From Phaeosaccion multiseriatum (lineage: Eukaryota; Protista; Ochrophyta, other classes), in the NCBI GenBank assembly GCA_965112735.1, contig OZ218963.1:2976001-3040000 (forward strand): DNA of 64,000 nt, read 5' to 3'. Made by a program: the position numbers and the translations under genes. Position 1 is the stretch's first letter; the number at the start of each line of letters is the position of its first letter. Below are positions 12,503 to 25,773 of the stretch, in pieces. The notes beneath the pieces are model-generated. The model was not told the origin of the DNA, searched no databases, and was given only the letters and a program-made list of their open reading frames with translations.

Positions 12503-15500
12503 TTACTCCCCCTCCGCATCCTCCCCCATCGTTGCCGCCTCGTGAAACTCCATGGTGCCTGCCACGGCTGCCCCCATCTGTTTCACCAACGCTTCCACCT
12601 CGAAGCTGCCGAGGTCGCCCGCCTTACGGCTACGGACGGCAAGGGTGCGCTCGCTCACCTCCTTGTCCCCCACCACGCACATGAGAGGCACGCGAGACAC
12701 CTCCGCATTTCGAATCTGCTTGGCAAGGCGATCCGCTCCTCTGTCAACGAGAGAGCAAGAGTGGTCAAGAGAGAGCAAGGCAGTCAAGGCTTAAGGCTTA
12801 AGTGGACATACGGGCATGGTGAATGATCGACCATTCGGCCTCAGAAAAAGGAGTGAAGGGAGGGACGTCGGAAACACGATCCCATCTTCTCTCTACCTCT
12901 CTCTTGTCTGTTCTCTGTCTCTCCCGACCCGACCCAGCTCGTCTCCGTCCGTCCGTCCCTTCCTTCCTTCCCTCTCACCTATCAACAGTGACCCTGACCC
13001 CTCCCTTCTTCATGATGGCTTTCATCTCATGGCAGTAGTCCGCCGCTGCGTCAGTAACGGGAAGCAGGCGCACTTGCTCCGGCGCCAGCCACAGAGGGAA
13101 GTCTCCAGCCGTGCTCTGCAGAGGGGGGTGTGAGGGAGAGGGGTCAGGAAACGAGACGAACCAAATCCCAAAACAACAGCCACAAGGGGCATTTACGGGC
13201 CGAGTAAAAGTGTTGCGCGTGTGTGGGGAAACACTCTTCAAATGGACGCAAGGCAAAAGGAGAGAGCGATACTTACTCAGCACAGCACATCACAGCACAC
13301 ACCCCCCAAGGGTACCCCTCCCTACTAACCTCCAGCAAGATGCCGAAGAAGCGCTCCACTGAGCCGAAGATGGCCCTGTGAATCATGACGGGTCGCTTGG
13401 ACACTCCGTCGGAGTCTGCGTAGAGCAGATCGAAACGCTCGGGTAAGTTGAAGTCGCACTGAATTGTGCTGCACTGCCACGTCCTTCCGATGGCGTCGCG
13501 AATCTGAGCAGAGGGATGGATGGATGGAGGGAGGGAGGGAGGGAGGGAGGGAAGGAGGGAGGGAGGGAGGGAGGGAGGGAGGAAGCGAGGGAGGGAGGGA
13601 AGGAGGGAGGGAGGGAGGGAGGGAGGGAGGGAGGGAGGGAGAGAGGGAGAGAGAGAGGGAGGCGAAGAGGGGGGGGAGGAGGGCATGCATTACGGCCAAC
13701 AGACGAGGGACTAATGTCCGCAGACAGACTGACGCACGAGCGCAGTGAGTGGCAAGCGAGAGAGAGACCGGGGGGGGGGGGGGTCGTCACTCTTCCCCCA
13801 TGTGATAAGCACAGTAGTAGCAGCAGTAGCAGCAGCAGCGGCAGCAACCGCGGCAGCAGCAGTAGAAGTGCATCTGCCTGCCTGCCTTGCCTTGCCCTGT
13901 CGCACCGCTTCCTCAGCCCTCTCAGACACGTGCGTTACCTTAATGTCTATCTTGGGTCCGTAGAACGCCCCCCCCCCCTCATCCACCCCGTACTCCCATC
14001 CCTTCTTTTCCAGCGCTCCCTCCAGCGCCGCCGTGGCCATGCTCCAAATGTCGTCTCCTCCCACGGACTTTTCGGGCTGTGTGGAGAGCATGATGTCGTA
14101 CTTGTCAAAGCCAAACTTGGACAAAATCTCCTCCGTGAGGTCCAGCACCGCAACAATCTCATCCTGCAGCTGGGACGGCAAGCAAAACACGTGTGCATCG
14201 TCCTGCGTGAAGCCTCTGACCCGCATCAACCCGTGCAGCGTGCCGGAGCGCTCGTAGCGGTACACGGTGCCGAGCTCCGCCCATCGCACGGGAAGGTCCC
14301 GATAGGAGCGAGGAGTGTCCTTGAAGATGAGGCAGTGGAAAGGACAGTTCATGGGTTTGATTTGATACTCCTCGTCCTCCACGTCCATCTGGTCGAACAT
14401 GCCTTCCTTGTAAAAGTCAAAGTGGCCGCTTGTCTTCCACAGATTCACATTGGCCACGTGCGGGGTGTAGAGCAAGTCGTAGCCGCGCTCTGTGTGCGTT
14501 TCTTTCCAAAAGGTCTCGATGATTTGGCGAATGGCGCTGCCCCTCGGGTGCCAGAAGACAAGCCCCCCACCCGCGTCCTCCTACAAAGCAAGATGGTCCG
14601 CAACATTGTCACGACAAAAGTAGCAAAAGAATGTGCGTGACATGAGAGCTGAGGTGAGACACGCCAGTGCAGCAGGTGTGGCGTGCCGGTGCCAATCACT
14701 TCGGTTCGCTCGTTCGCTCCCTCACTCGCACACACGCTCATACACACACTCACACACAAACAAACGCACACACCACAAAGCTTCCTTCTGCTCCACCTCT
14801 ACCCTCCCTTCCCCACCTGCAGCGAGAAGAGGTCGAGCTTCTTTCCAAGGACTCTGTGGTCTCTCTTCTTTGCCTGCTCCAGCATGGTCTTGTAGGCCTT
14901 GAGCTGCTGGGGCGTCTCCCACGCTGTACCGTAGATGCGCTGCAGCATCTCGCGCTTCTCGTCTCCTCTCCAGTAGGCACCCGCCACGCTCTGCAGCTGA
15001 ATGGCCTTGGGCGGGAGGGCCCGGGTGGTCTCCACGTGGGGGCCTTTTCGTCGAGGGGGGAGAAGGTCGGGAGGGGGATGGGGGGAGAGAGGGAGAGGGA
15101 AGGGGGGTTAAGGCCTTTCCTCGTGCCTGTGCTTAAGGTTCCAGCCTACTTTTTCCGATGCCAAGGAGCCCCGTCGAAATGTACGCAGCGCATGAGGGAC
15201 GGGACAGGAGGGAGGAGTAGAGCAGCAAGGCAGTCACCCAATGCATGAGAAAGAGCCCAAGAGCCCAAGACTTCCAAAACTCCCAAGACCAAACACCTCC
15301 CCCCGCATCGTGGTGTACAACAGACAAGAGGAGAGGAGCAAGCAATCGTGCATAGAGAACGTAAGAGGAGCCGCACCACACTACACCTGCACACAGATCC
15401 CACCACTCGTCACCACAGTGGTAGATGGTGATGGGTTCGCTCTTGATGCTGTCGAGCAGCTCGAGCTTGAAGGGCTCACCCAGCGCCTCGATTCGCCGCC

Positions 15501-15517
15501 GAGCCTCCTCGCTAAGT

Positions 15518-15548
<31 letters not shown>

Positions 15549-17378
15549 GGGGGGGGGAGAGGGGAGGGGGGAGAGGGGTGAGGGGCTGCACGGGAGGGTC
15601 CTGACTCAGGATGAGGTAGCTTCAATCCAAGGTCCTCGGTTGTTGGGTGCATCACTCACAACTGGCACGCAAGGACAGGAGTAAGTGGGGAAATCATGTC
15701 AACCAAAACGCCGAGCGGGGTGGCGCGTGTGTCCCCGCCCCTCGTAGGTCTACAACCACCCCCCAGACTTTCGTTTACTCTTACGTACCGGGACACTTCC
15801 TCCCTCCTCAGCGGCAAGTCCCGCTTGATGATTTTATCCATCTCTTTCTTAATCGCCTTGAGATGCGTGTCTGTGAACTGCGGGGAGCAATCAAGGGAGA
15901 GACAGTGGTGCTTTGAGGCTTTGCCTTCCCCCTTTGCTCGGACCACCATCTTTCTCGTTCCTTTCTCTTGTCACTCTTTCCCTCCCTCCCTCCCTCCCTC
16001 CCACCCTCCCTCCCACCCCCTCCCTCTCCTCTTGCTCCTCTCTCTCTGTCGCCTCCACTCCCCCCCCCCTCTCTCCCTCTCTCTCTCGCCCTTCTCATCC
16101 CTCTGTCCCATCCCTTCCTTCCCCCATCTCCAAGTCTGCCCCCCTGCCAGCCAGATCGCTAGCCTACACACACTCTCTCTCTCTGCGTCTGCCCACACTA
16201 TCTCCGCCCAAAGCTCCTTCTCATCAACGCGTCTTCACGCCTTCCTGCCCCGTCCCTTCATACGTTCTCTCCTGATGGCTCTGCCAACACCACACACGCC
16301 TCACGCCCGCTGCGGGACCCCTGTACTTCTGCTCCTCTCTCACTCTCTGTCACTCTCTTTCGCCCTCCCTCTCTCTCTCTTTCGCTCTCTCGCCTCCCAC
16401 CTGTTCCTTTGGGTTGAAGAAGTCATAGTAGAAGCCGTTGTCGATCCACGGCCCAATGGTTACCTGCAGGGGGGGCGTCGGAAGGAAGAGAAAGAAGAGG
16501 GGAGAGCGCCAAACCCACACCGCAGCGACGGCTCTTTCATGAGAGGGCGAGAGGCGAGGGGCGAGACAAGAGAAGAAGCTCTTCTCGCACAGAGACTGAC
16601 TGCACTACGCCTTCTCCCTCCTGCGGCATCTAAGTACTCAGCCACGGCCGTACCTGCGTGTCTGGATAGAGGCTCTGCACAGCCATGGCCATAACGTGTG
16701 ATGTGGTGTGTCTAATCTTGAGCAGCTCTGGGCTATTCTCGTTTCGTGGGAGCTCGATTGGCTCCTCGACCACTGCTTGCACCTTGGAGCCTACGCCTTG
16801 TGCTTTCCCGGCGCCGCGCTCGAGCTAAAGTGACAGCAGGGAGGACGGGGGGGGGAGGGACCAAGCGGGTGGGGAGGTGGGTACGAGAACCATCAAGCAA
16901 GGTGGCGGAGAGCAAAGCCACAGCCCCACTCCCCCTCCCATTGCGAGTGTACCGTACCGTGCTTTGCGTCTTTGCTTTCGCGGTCCCTTGCTGCTCGTCC
17001 TGGGCTGACATAGACAAGCTTGCGCTGCTGCTGGTCCACCGGCTACTTCGGAACTTCCTTGGCCTGATCTGCGCTGCTCTGCTCTGACGCTGCCCTTGCA
17101 GGGAGCTGTACAGCCTGCTGCTGGCTACCGCAGGAAGGGTCACTCTGTTGCAGACGAGGAGGCATAACAGCGGGAAGAGGAGAGGGGGGGAGAAGGAGGA
17201 CGATGGTGAGCAGAGGCTGTGCCAGCAATCGGGAGAAAGAAAGGGGGGACGAGAGCATGATTGGGTCCTCGACAGCGTACCGGAACCCCATCGTCCTTGG
17301 CGCCGCGGCGGCCAGTAGCCCTGCCACCGTGACAGTCACCATGACCGACGTCAGTGCAACCCTCGGCCTCCACTCCAT
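12503..17378 (-). CDS. thrS: Threonyl-tRNA synthetase, organellar (plastid-targeted, possibly dual-targeted), multi-exon
   Basis: Exons give [146 protein letters not shown] and WLAPEQV. The N-terminus [32 protein letters not shown] is followed by an S/R-rich transit-like segment. Confidence 0.96.
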
Positions 17379-17540
17379 CTCCCTTTTGGCCTATATGTGC
17401 TGGGCCGGGACCCAGAGGGCAGGAGGGTCCGTCGAGTGCCATCCTGCGTATGCCTCCACTTCTCCTCCCAACCTCCTTCCCCTCCTCCCTCCTCGCACTC
17501 AGCCCGGGAAAAGCCAGTACGGCACATAATCAATAAGCTT

Positions 17541-20500
17541 ATGCCTCGGCGGCAAAGGCAGCCGCGCAGACAGCAGCAACGGCACTGGTTGAGATCATTT
17601 CTTACTCTCACTCTCATCCTTCCAACTAACACATTATTAGTTCAACATTGCATTTGTAAACGGGGCCAACAGCAGGGGAAGCAGCAGGGGCGAGGGGTCC
17701 AGGACGCCAGACATCATGGCTGTGGTCCACACCGGCGGCGGCGGCCTTCTACTTCGCTGTCGGGAGGCAAGTGGCCTTCGAGACAGCAACAGTCGCCTGC
17801 CCCCTCTTCGACGGTCGCACAGGTCCCTCCTGTCGAAGCAGAGGGTAGGGCCGGGGCGCCCGAAGCAGCGGCGGTAGAGACGTCTACAGGCAGAGGCGTA
17901 GCAGGGGAATCCCTACTGCAGTCGCCCCGAGAGAGAAAGACGAAGCAGGGACAGGGCCTGCACGTTCCGTGGATGCGCCGTTACTTCGACAAGTACGCGA
18001 AGGACGAGTGGGGCAGGACTGGCAACGTGGAGGCGCCTGATGTGAGTAGTTTACTTGTGCTGTTGTGCCCTTGCGAGATGAACAAGAAAGACAAGAAAGA
18101 CAATCCACTCCCAAAAGTCCACCTCCCTTCAAGGGAACGAGAGTCCGGGTTATACCCCCTTCCCCGTCCGAGCGCTAACTTGCTGCCCCTCGTATATCCT
18201 CGTCCTTGGTCCTATTGGGTCACCACAGGAGCAGCAGCAGCAGCACCATGCGCAGGCCATAGGGGGGCGGACGGGCACAACAGCAGCCTCCGCACTGGCT
18301 GCTACTGCAGCTATCGCGAGTGCCAAGGCGAGCGCCGCCGCCGCCGCCACGGCTTCCTCTCGCGGTGGCAGAGGAGCAAGGGGTAAGGGCGAGGGCTTGA
18401 CCTTCACAGAGGATGGGGAAGAGGACTACCTGAGGGCCATGGGGGAGGGCCAGCAGCAGCAGTTGGTGATACAGGAGCAGCTAGAGCAGCTAGAGCAGCA
18501 ACCAACGGAGGACGACGAAGGAGAACAGCTCGTGGTGAAAGGGGTGGAGGTGGAGGGTAAAGGGGGGGCAGCGGGGCTTGGACCCACTGGCGCGGGTGCT
18601 GCCCTTGTAGCCCCTCCTGTGTTTGTGCCTGAAGCGGCGACGATGGCAAAGACGGAGGTCGTAGGGCGAGCCATAGCGGCACCGCGGCCACAAGATATGG
18701 ACATCACCGTCAACAAGAGGGAGAAGGTGCAGCAGCAGCGGGAGAAGGCCAATCGGGATGCAGAGGACCGGCCAGGGGTGTGGGCAGGAGATCTCTGGAA
18801 CACGGCGATTAGCAACGCGATGGGCGCCGTCAATGCTCTCGTCGGCAGCGGAGCGGAGAAGGGAGAAGGGGGGGGGGTCCGCTTAAGCGGTTTCCGCTTT
18901 GATGTAGGCGGGAGCAGCAGTGAGGGTATGGACCGCGATGGCTTGGCCGAGAAGGAGAAGGAGGTGTGCGCTGCATCTGGTCCTGCCGATGGCTCCCGTG
19001 TAGAGACTGCGGGGCCAACAGCTGCTTTCGGAGACCCGTCCCTCCCCGCTGGCGACTTTGGATCTGCTACCAGTATGGACGAGGAAGTAGGGAAGGGGAA
19101 GGACTTTGCGGCACCTCCAAGGCGATCACGACGGCGACGAGGGCGCCGACGACGAAGAGAACAAGGGGAGGAAGAGGACGAAGGACGAGTAAAAAGAGGA
19201 GGAGGAGCACGAGGCGCGGAGCAGGTGCGCGTGTCAGGACCCCTTCTCTTTCGTGTCGAGATGTCGAGATGTTTGAGTGTGGAGGGGAGGGGAAGGAACG
19301 GGGCCTTTTGTCTGTACGTACGCCCCTTGGAGCCCTACTACAGACTCTGCGTGCGTGCTTGATTGCTTGCTTGCTTTGGGTAGTTGGGTTGGGTAGGTGG
19401 GTTGGGTAGGTGGGTTGGGTAGGTGGGTTGGGTAGGTGGGTTGGGTAGGTGGGTTGGGTAGTTGGGTTGGGTAGTTTGCTTTGTCCCCAGTCCCTTTCGT
19501 CTCCTCTTCGTTCTATCCCAATCAGAGGAATCTCACCTCCTTTCCGTCCCTCCCTCCGTCCCTCCCTCCCTCCCTCCCTCCCTCTGTCCCGCCCCCTCAG
19601 CCTCCGCCCTTCGTTCCGTTCTCCTTCAACGAGAGCCGTTTCGTGGAGAGCGCGTTAACGGTGGCCTCGTCCATCAATTCGCCGCGCACTGCGGCCAATT
19701 TCCTCTCTCAGGTCAGGCCTGCACCGCAGCGGCCGTGTGCCCTTCCTTCTCTTTCGCCACTCCTCCTCGTTCCTGCTCGAAAGTCGTTTGGGAGAACGTG
19801 TGTTTTCTGTAATGTGTAGTCTCTCACCTTCGTCCCCTCTCATATCCCTTGTGTCTTGGTCCTTCCCTCTCCCGCCTCCCCCGCTTCCTCCTTCCCTTCC
19901 CTTTCCTTTCCCTTTTGTCTTCTGCCCTTCGGTTGCCCATTCCTTCTTCCGTCCCCCTCTTCCTCCCTCCCTCTGTATCACCAACTCCCGTAGGTTGGTT
20001 TGGATCACATAATTGACGGCCTCACGAATTCGGCAGACGCACGGCTTCAGCTTCGATGCCTACAGGTATACCTTGGGAACAGATGTCTTGTAACGGCCGA
20101 ATCAACAACACCGCCACCACCACCACCACCACCACCACCACCACCACCACCACCACCACCACCACCACCTCCACTACCACCTCTCTCTCATACACACACA
20201 CTCTCTCTCTAACACACACGCGCACACACGCAAACACACAACACACACGCTCTCTCTCTCTCACCCACACGCACACACACACATACACACACACATACAC
20301 ATAGCACCCCCGGCCAGCGCCCGAGACTGTGGCCGGCTTTGGTGTCTGTTGTTCATTGTGGGCGTGTGACTCTCCTCATCACTGCCACTGTCCCTTCCCT
20401 TCCCTTCCTTCCCTTCCCTTCCCTTCCATTCCCTTCCCTTCTCTTCCCTTCCGTTACCTTGTCTTCCCTTCCTTTACCGTACCTTTCCGTCACCTTCTCT

Positions 20501-23500
20501 TCCCTTCCCTTCCCTTCCCTTCCCTGCCCTGCCCTTGTCTAGGCGCTGAACAATGTTGTTGACGCGTCGAGCTCCGCGTCAAGCACAGTGGCGCTGAGGC
20601 TCCTCGGTGGGGGCAGTGGCGAGAGAAAGAGGGCAACTACTGAGCACTCCGACGGCAGCAGCGGTGGTGAGCAGAGCAGCAGCGTTGCCAGCACTCTGGC
20701 ATCCATCCTGCTACTGCCGCTGGGGATGGGAATGGGGATCGGGATCGGGGGCAAGAAGGGCGGCCGTTTGAGGTGAGAGAGCGAGGGGTGCTCAGCTTTC
20801 AGGCTGCCGTTTTGATCGGACAGTGGCAGTCTACGGGATGGTCGGCCTGTCGGTCGGTCAGGCGACTGCGGATAACAGACGGACAGGGCCCATACATTGA
20901 TGCTCGAGGTGCTTGTGTGGGCACGTTCATTGATTTCGTATGCTTTCGACTCTCATGTGGCCCCTTAGTGCCCCTCTACACCCCCCCCCCCTCCCTCCCT
21001 CCCTCCCTCCCCCGCTCCGAAACCCCATCACTCTCTCGCCAACAGCGCGCTGGGGGGAGCCTTCCGATCTGCCTCCCTCCGCTTCAAGCCCACCACTCCA
21101 CCCCTGGTCCTGGAGTCTCCGAGAAAGCTGACGCAGTTCCCAGGGCTGGTGAACCCTCCTCCGCAAGGCTCCGTGTACCCTCTCAGTATACCCGGCCCTG
21201 ATCTCAAGGTAAACATGTGTGCTTACGTAGCGTCACGTACCGACAAGCCGTCACCGCGCGTGTATCACCAACATGTGCCATTTGTGACGAACTGAGCTGC
21301 ATGCCTGCGCATGGCTCCCCCTTATATCCCCCTGACCCCATGCCTCGGCTCCTCTTCTCCCCCCTCTCCTCCCCGACAATCTGGCCCGCTCTTTGCGCAG
21401 TCCTTTGGTATTAGCGACCGCTGGGACGGCATCAGGCCTCTCGAGCTCGAGACTCAGTCGGAGGTGGTGAAGGTGAGTGACTCGCTGCCCCAGTTTGCCA
21501 GCCAGCTTTGGATGCCTCCTCCTCCTCCTCCTCCTCCTCCTCCTCCTCCTCCTCCTCCTCCTCCTCCTCCTCCTCCTCCTCCTCCTCCTCCTCCTCCTCC
21601 TCCTCCTTCTCCTCCTCCTCCTCTTCATCCTCTTCATCCTCCTCCTCCCCTTCATCCTCCTCCTCCTCTTCATCCTCCTCCTCCTCCTGCTCCTGCTCCT
21701 CCCCCCCCCTTCCCCCCTCCTTCTCCTCCCCCTCCTGACTGGCCGAGCATCCTCATACTGTTCCCGGGCCATGCCCTTCCTTGTGCTACCCCCTCCCCCT
21801 CCACGGGCCCACCCCCCCTCTTCAGCTGCTGTACAACGTGGCCCTCTCCGACGGCGGCGACGAGGCGATTGAGCAGCTCAGGAACTTCCCCGACGTGCTG
21901 GACGCTCTCAAGAAGGTGTGTGGGGTGGTGTGGTGTGGTGTATCACCAACTGCTTTGGTATTTGTGTGGTGTGGTGTGGTGTGGTGTGGTATGGTATCAT
22001 CACAAACTGCTATCGTGTGGTGTGCTGTGCTGTGTGTTGTGTATCACCAACTGGTGGTGTGGTGTGGTGTGTTCGTGTAAGCACTCTTTGTGGTGCGCCC
22101 ATTTTGTCGGAGTATGAAACACCCTCCTCCCTCCCCTCGCAGCAAAGTTTCGAAAAGATTCATGAGAGAAGTCTGTCTAACTCTTCCTTTCTCTTGTCAT
22201 CACCATGCTGTGCCCTACGGCATGTACGCATCGCAAACAGCCGCTCAGCTTTCTTCGCCCTCTCTTGTGCTGTACTGTTCTCTGCTCTCTGTGCTGTACT
22301 GTGCTCTGCTCTGCTTGCTCTGCTGCTTCTCTCTCTCTCTGCTCTGCTCTGCCTCTCCTCCTCGCAGGTGGCGAACGGCGGCAAGAGGGGCAAGTACGCC
22401 CGGTACACGCAGGGGACGCTCACACCCGTGCAGAGGCTCGCGCACAAGGTCCGGCAGAGGCATTCACGACGGACGCTTTTATACACTTGTATCGTATGTC
22501 AAGTTGAAGACGTGGACAAGCTCGAAGTGCTTTAACCTCCTCGTCGTCTTCCTCCTCCTCCTCCTCCTCCTCCTCCTCCTCCTCCTCCTCCTCCTCCTCC
22601 TCCTCCTCCTCCTCCTCCTCCTCCTCCTCCTCCTCCTCCTCCTCCTCCTCCTCCTCCTCCTCCTCCTCCTCCTCCTCATCCTCCTCCTCCTCCTCCTCCT
22701 CCTCCTCCTCCTCCGCATCCTCCTCCTCCTCCTCCTCCTCCTCCTTCCTCCTCCTCCTCCTCATCCTCCTCCTCCTCCTCCTCCTCCGCCTCCGCCACCT
22801 CCTCCTCTTCCTCCTCCTCCCTTCCTCCTCCTCCTCCTCCTCCTCCTCCTCCTCCTCCTTCATCCACAGACTCTGGCCATGGCGGGCGAGCACGTGTGGG
22901 TCCCCAAGAGTAAGGGACAGCGCGGCCTTCGAATCCTTTGTTTCGACGGAGGAGGTACCAGGGGCGTTCTCACCGTGCAGCTGCTCAAGAAGCTCACAGA
23001 GCAGACCGGCAAGGAGCCGACGGAGATGTTTGACGTCATTATGGGCACGAGCACGGGGGGCATTGTGGCGGCGCTCATTGGCATTCAGGTATGTATGTAT
23101 GTATGTATGTATGTATGTATGTGTGTGTGTATGTATGTATGAATGGATGGGTGGATGGAGGGGAGAGGTCGACGCTTCTCACGCACTGCACTGTGTGTGT
23201 TCATCTTCGCTCTGGGGGGCGTGCACTGAGCGGAAAGGTTTAGTATGCTTGAATCAATCTGTCGCTTGCATCTGCACGCAGAGAGAGCTTCGTTGCTGCG
23301 TCTCAGGGGTACACGTTGTGTTCCTCCGCACCCGTGTGTTTGCGTGTGAAGCCGTCCCCGTGGCTGCTGCTCGCCCGTCGCGTCCTCCCTCTCTGCTGAC
23401 CGCACACGCACACACACGCACACACACACACACAGGGCTACTCCGTGGCCACATGCGAGAGCATGTACGACACCCTCATCCACGAGATCTTCCAAAGGAA

Positions 23501-24296
23501 CCCCGTGGGGGGCGTCAACCTCGCCCTCAAACAGGCCTTCTACGACGATGTCAACTGGATGAAGATTCTGCGCCGCATCATCGGGGATCAGCGCATGATA
23601 GACTCGGCGGACGACCCTCTGAGGCCCAAGATTGCGTGCCCCTCCACCGTGATTAGCGTCAATCCTTCCAAGCTGTGCCTGTGGAGGAACTACAACTATC
23701 CCAAGGGGTACGAGAGTCGCTACTCGGGCGAGTTTCGCTTCCTTGTGCGAGAGTGCATCCGAGCGACGACTGCGGCCCCCACCTTCTTCAGCCCCTTGCT
23801 GAAGGACAGCGTCTTGTACAGCGACGGGGCGCTGCTGGCCAACAACCCCACGGGTGTGGCCATTCACGAAGCAAGGAAGATCTTCCCCGGGATGCCCATC
23901 GAGGCGGTGGTGTCGCTGGGCACGGGCTGCTATTGGGAGTCAAAGGTGTGTGTGGTGTATGGTGCCACAGATAGTGAGTCAGTCTTTTCTGTCTGTCTTT
24001 TGTCTGCCAGTGAGTCAGTCTTTCAGTTAGTCCCGGCCAGGCAGGGCCAAAGGACAGGGTCTGCCTGTGTACTGCGTCTTGTTGGTCATGTGCATTTCCA
24101 AGCTGAGGCTGGAGCTGAGGCTGGAGCTGAGCGATAGAGCTGAGCGAGGGCCATGTCCTAGCGCTCCGTGCCGAGCTCCGCTGCTGCCAAGTGTCGAATC
24201 CTCATTTGTCTCTGTTGTCTCTGTAGGTCTTGGTGGCTGCATCGCGGCGTGTGGCTGTGCACCTGTGTGCGTCTTGACACCTGTAAATCTCTCTCT

Positions 24297-24347
<51 letters not shown>

Positions 24348-24911
24348 TGTGTGTGTGTGTTCTACCTTCTCCCCCACAGTTGGACTTCACGGACCCCGCC
24401 GTGGGGTGGGACGGCATCGTGAACCAACTCGTCGCATCCGCCACAGAGACGGAGCAGAGCCACGACTTCCTCCTTGACTTCATGCCCAGCGACACTTACT
24501 TCCGCTTCAACCCCAAGATGGGCACCAAGGAGAGGCCCATGGATGTTTCCATAGACGAGACCAGGCTGCCCAAGCTTAACTACCTCAAGGCCTTGGCCAA
24601 TGAGTACCTAGAGGAGCCAGAGGTGAGCAACAGAGGAGCAGGAGGGGAGGGAGGGGGGGGGGAAGTGGTGCCTTGCCAGCATGAATAGTGTGAGCGTGTG
24701 AGCGTGTGAGCGTGCAAAGGGTGAAGGAGTGGCGCGCTCCCCCTTTTGGTGTCTGGGCTTTCTCCGTGTCCTTGTATCGTACTTTGTGTGGGTTTTGGTG
24801 TGGTGAGGGCAGGCCTCTGCTGACCAAATCTTGCATCCTTATTATTGTGCTTTTGCTTCTTCGCAGGTGGCTGATCGGATGCGTCGATGCGCAGAGCTGC
24901 TCAGCACGTGA
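17541..24911 (+). CDS. Patatin-like phospholipase (iPLA2-gamma/PNPLA8-like) with a long N-terminal extension, multi-exon; start codon uncertain
   Basis: LRILCFDGGGTRG (oxyanion hole), GTSTGG (catalytic Ser), ATTAAPTFF and DGALLANNP (catalytic Asp), VVSLGTG and YFRFNP are present. The last exon VADRMRRCAELLST* ends at 24911. Confidence 0.9.
19383..19473. repeat. Intronic 13-bp G-rich minisatellite (gggttgggtaggt)n
   Basis: There are about 6-7 tandem copies with repeated GGG runs. Confidence 0.85.
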
Positions 24912-25091
24912 GGTTGAGGAGGGTGCAGACGTGAGGTCAAGGAGAAAGAGGGGGAGGAGGGAGGAGGAGGATGGGCAGCAGAGACACTAAATTGCTTCGT
25001 GAGGGACGGGGGGGGGGAGAGGGCGTGTCACAGATGTCACACTACTATGTGTATATAGAGGGGAACCAAAAAAAAATTAGACTAATAACTA

Positions 25092-25590
25092 CTGTGATTT
25101 CGCGGTTGAGTGGCACTTTTGACGCCCCGTGATTTTTTTTTGACGCCAAATGACGATTACTTTGACGACGTTTGACGACTTTTGAACCCCTTTTTTCCCC
25201 ACTTTAAAGCCCTGTTTGACGCACTTTGACGCCCTTTGACGCCCTTTTATCTTAGTTCGCCTTAATTTCGTCTAAAAAAAATCACGTACTGTGATTTCGC
25301 GGTTGAGTGGCACTTTTGACGCCCCGTGAGTTTTTTTTTACGCCAAATGACGACTACTTTGACGACGTTTGACGACATTTGAACCCCCACTTTAAAGCCC
25401 TGTTTGACGCACTTTGAGGTGCCCTTTCATGGCGCCCTTTTATCTTAATTCGCCTTATTTTCGTCTAAAAAAAATCACGTAAAAAAAAATCACTGAAAAG
25501 GGCGTCAAAGGGCGTCAAAGAGCGTCAAAGGGCTCAAAAGTCGTCAAACGTCGTCAAAGTAATCGTCATTTTTTATTTGGCGAAAATGAC
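25092..25590. mobile_element. Two head-to-tail partial copies of the TGACG-rich palindromic MITE (family B)
   Basis: TA|CTGTGATTTCGCGGTTGAGTGGCACTTTT occurs at 25092 and 25289, identical to the terminus of the complete element at 38380. Internal TGACG arrays are mirrored by CGTCA arrays and the right end is truncated. Confidence 0.85.
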
Positions 25591-25773
25591 GAAAAGGAGA
25601 AGGAAAGAAAAAAAAAAAAAAAAAAAAAAGGCCGACACGCAAGCTGCCATCCCTCTCCTCATCAATCCCTGCTCCCTTCCTCCCTTTCAATTTCTTTTCT
25701 TTTCTCCCCTCTCCTGTTCTCTACAATGGGCCAGAGGCGAAGATTACCGCACGTAGAGAAGTCGTTGGCAGCT

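Noticed and set aside
13516-14640. 374-aa plus-strand ORF (similarly 15696-16694, 44442-45284, 52202-53038)
   Set aside because: These are mostly antisense shadows of real genes combined with SSR-filled introns.
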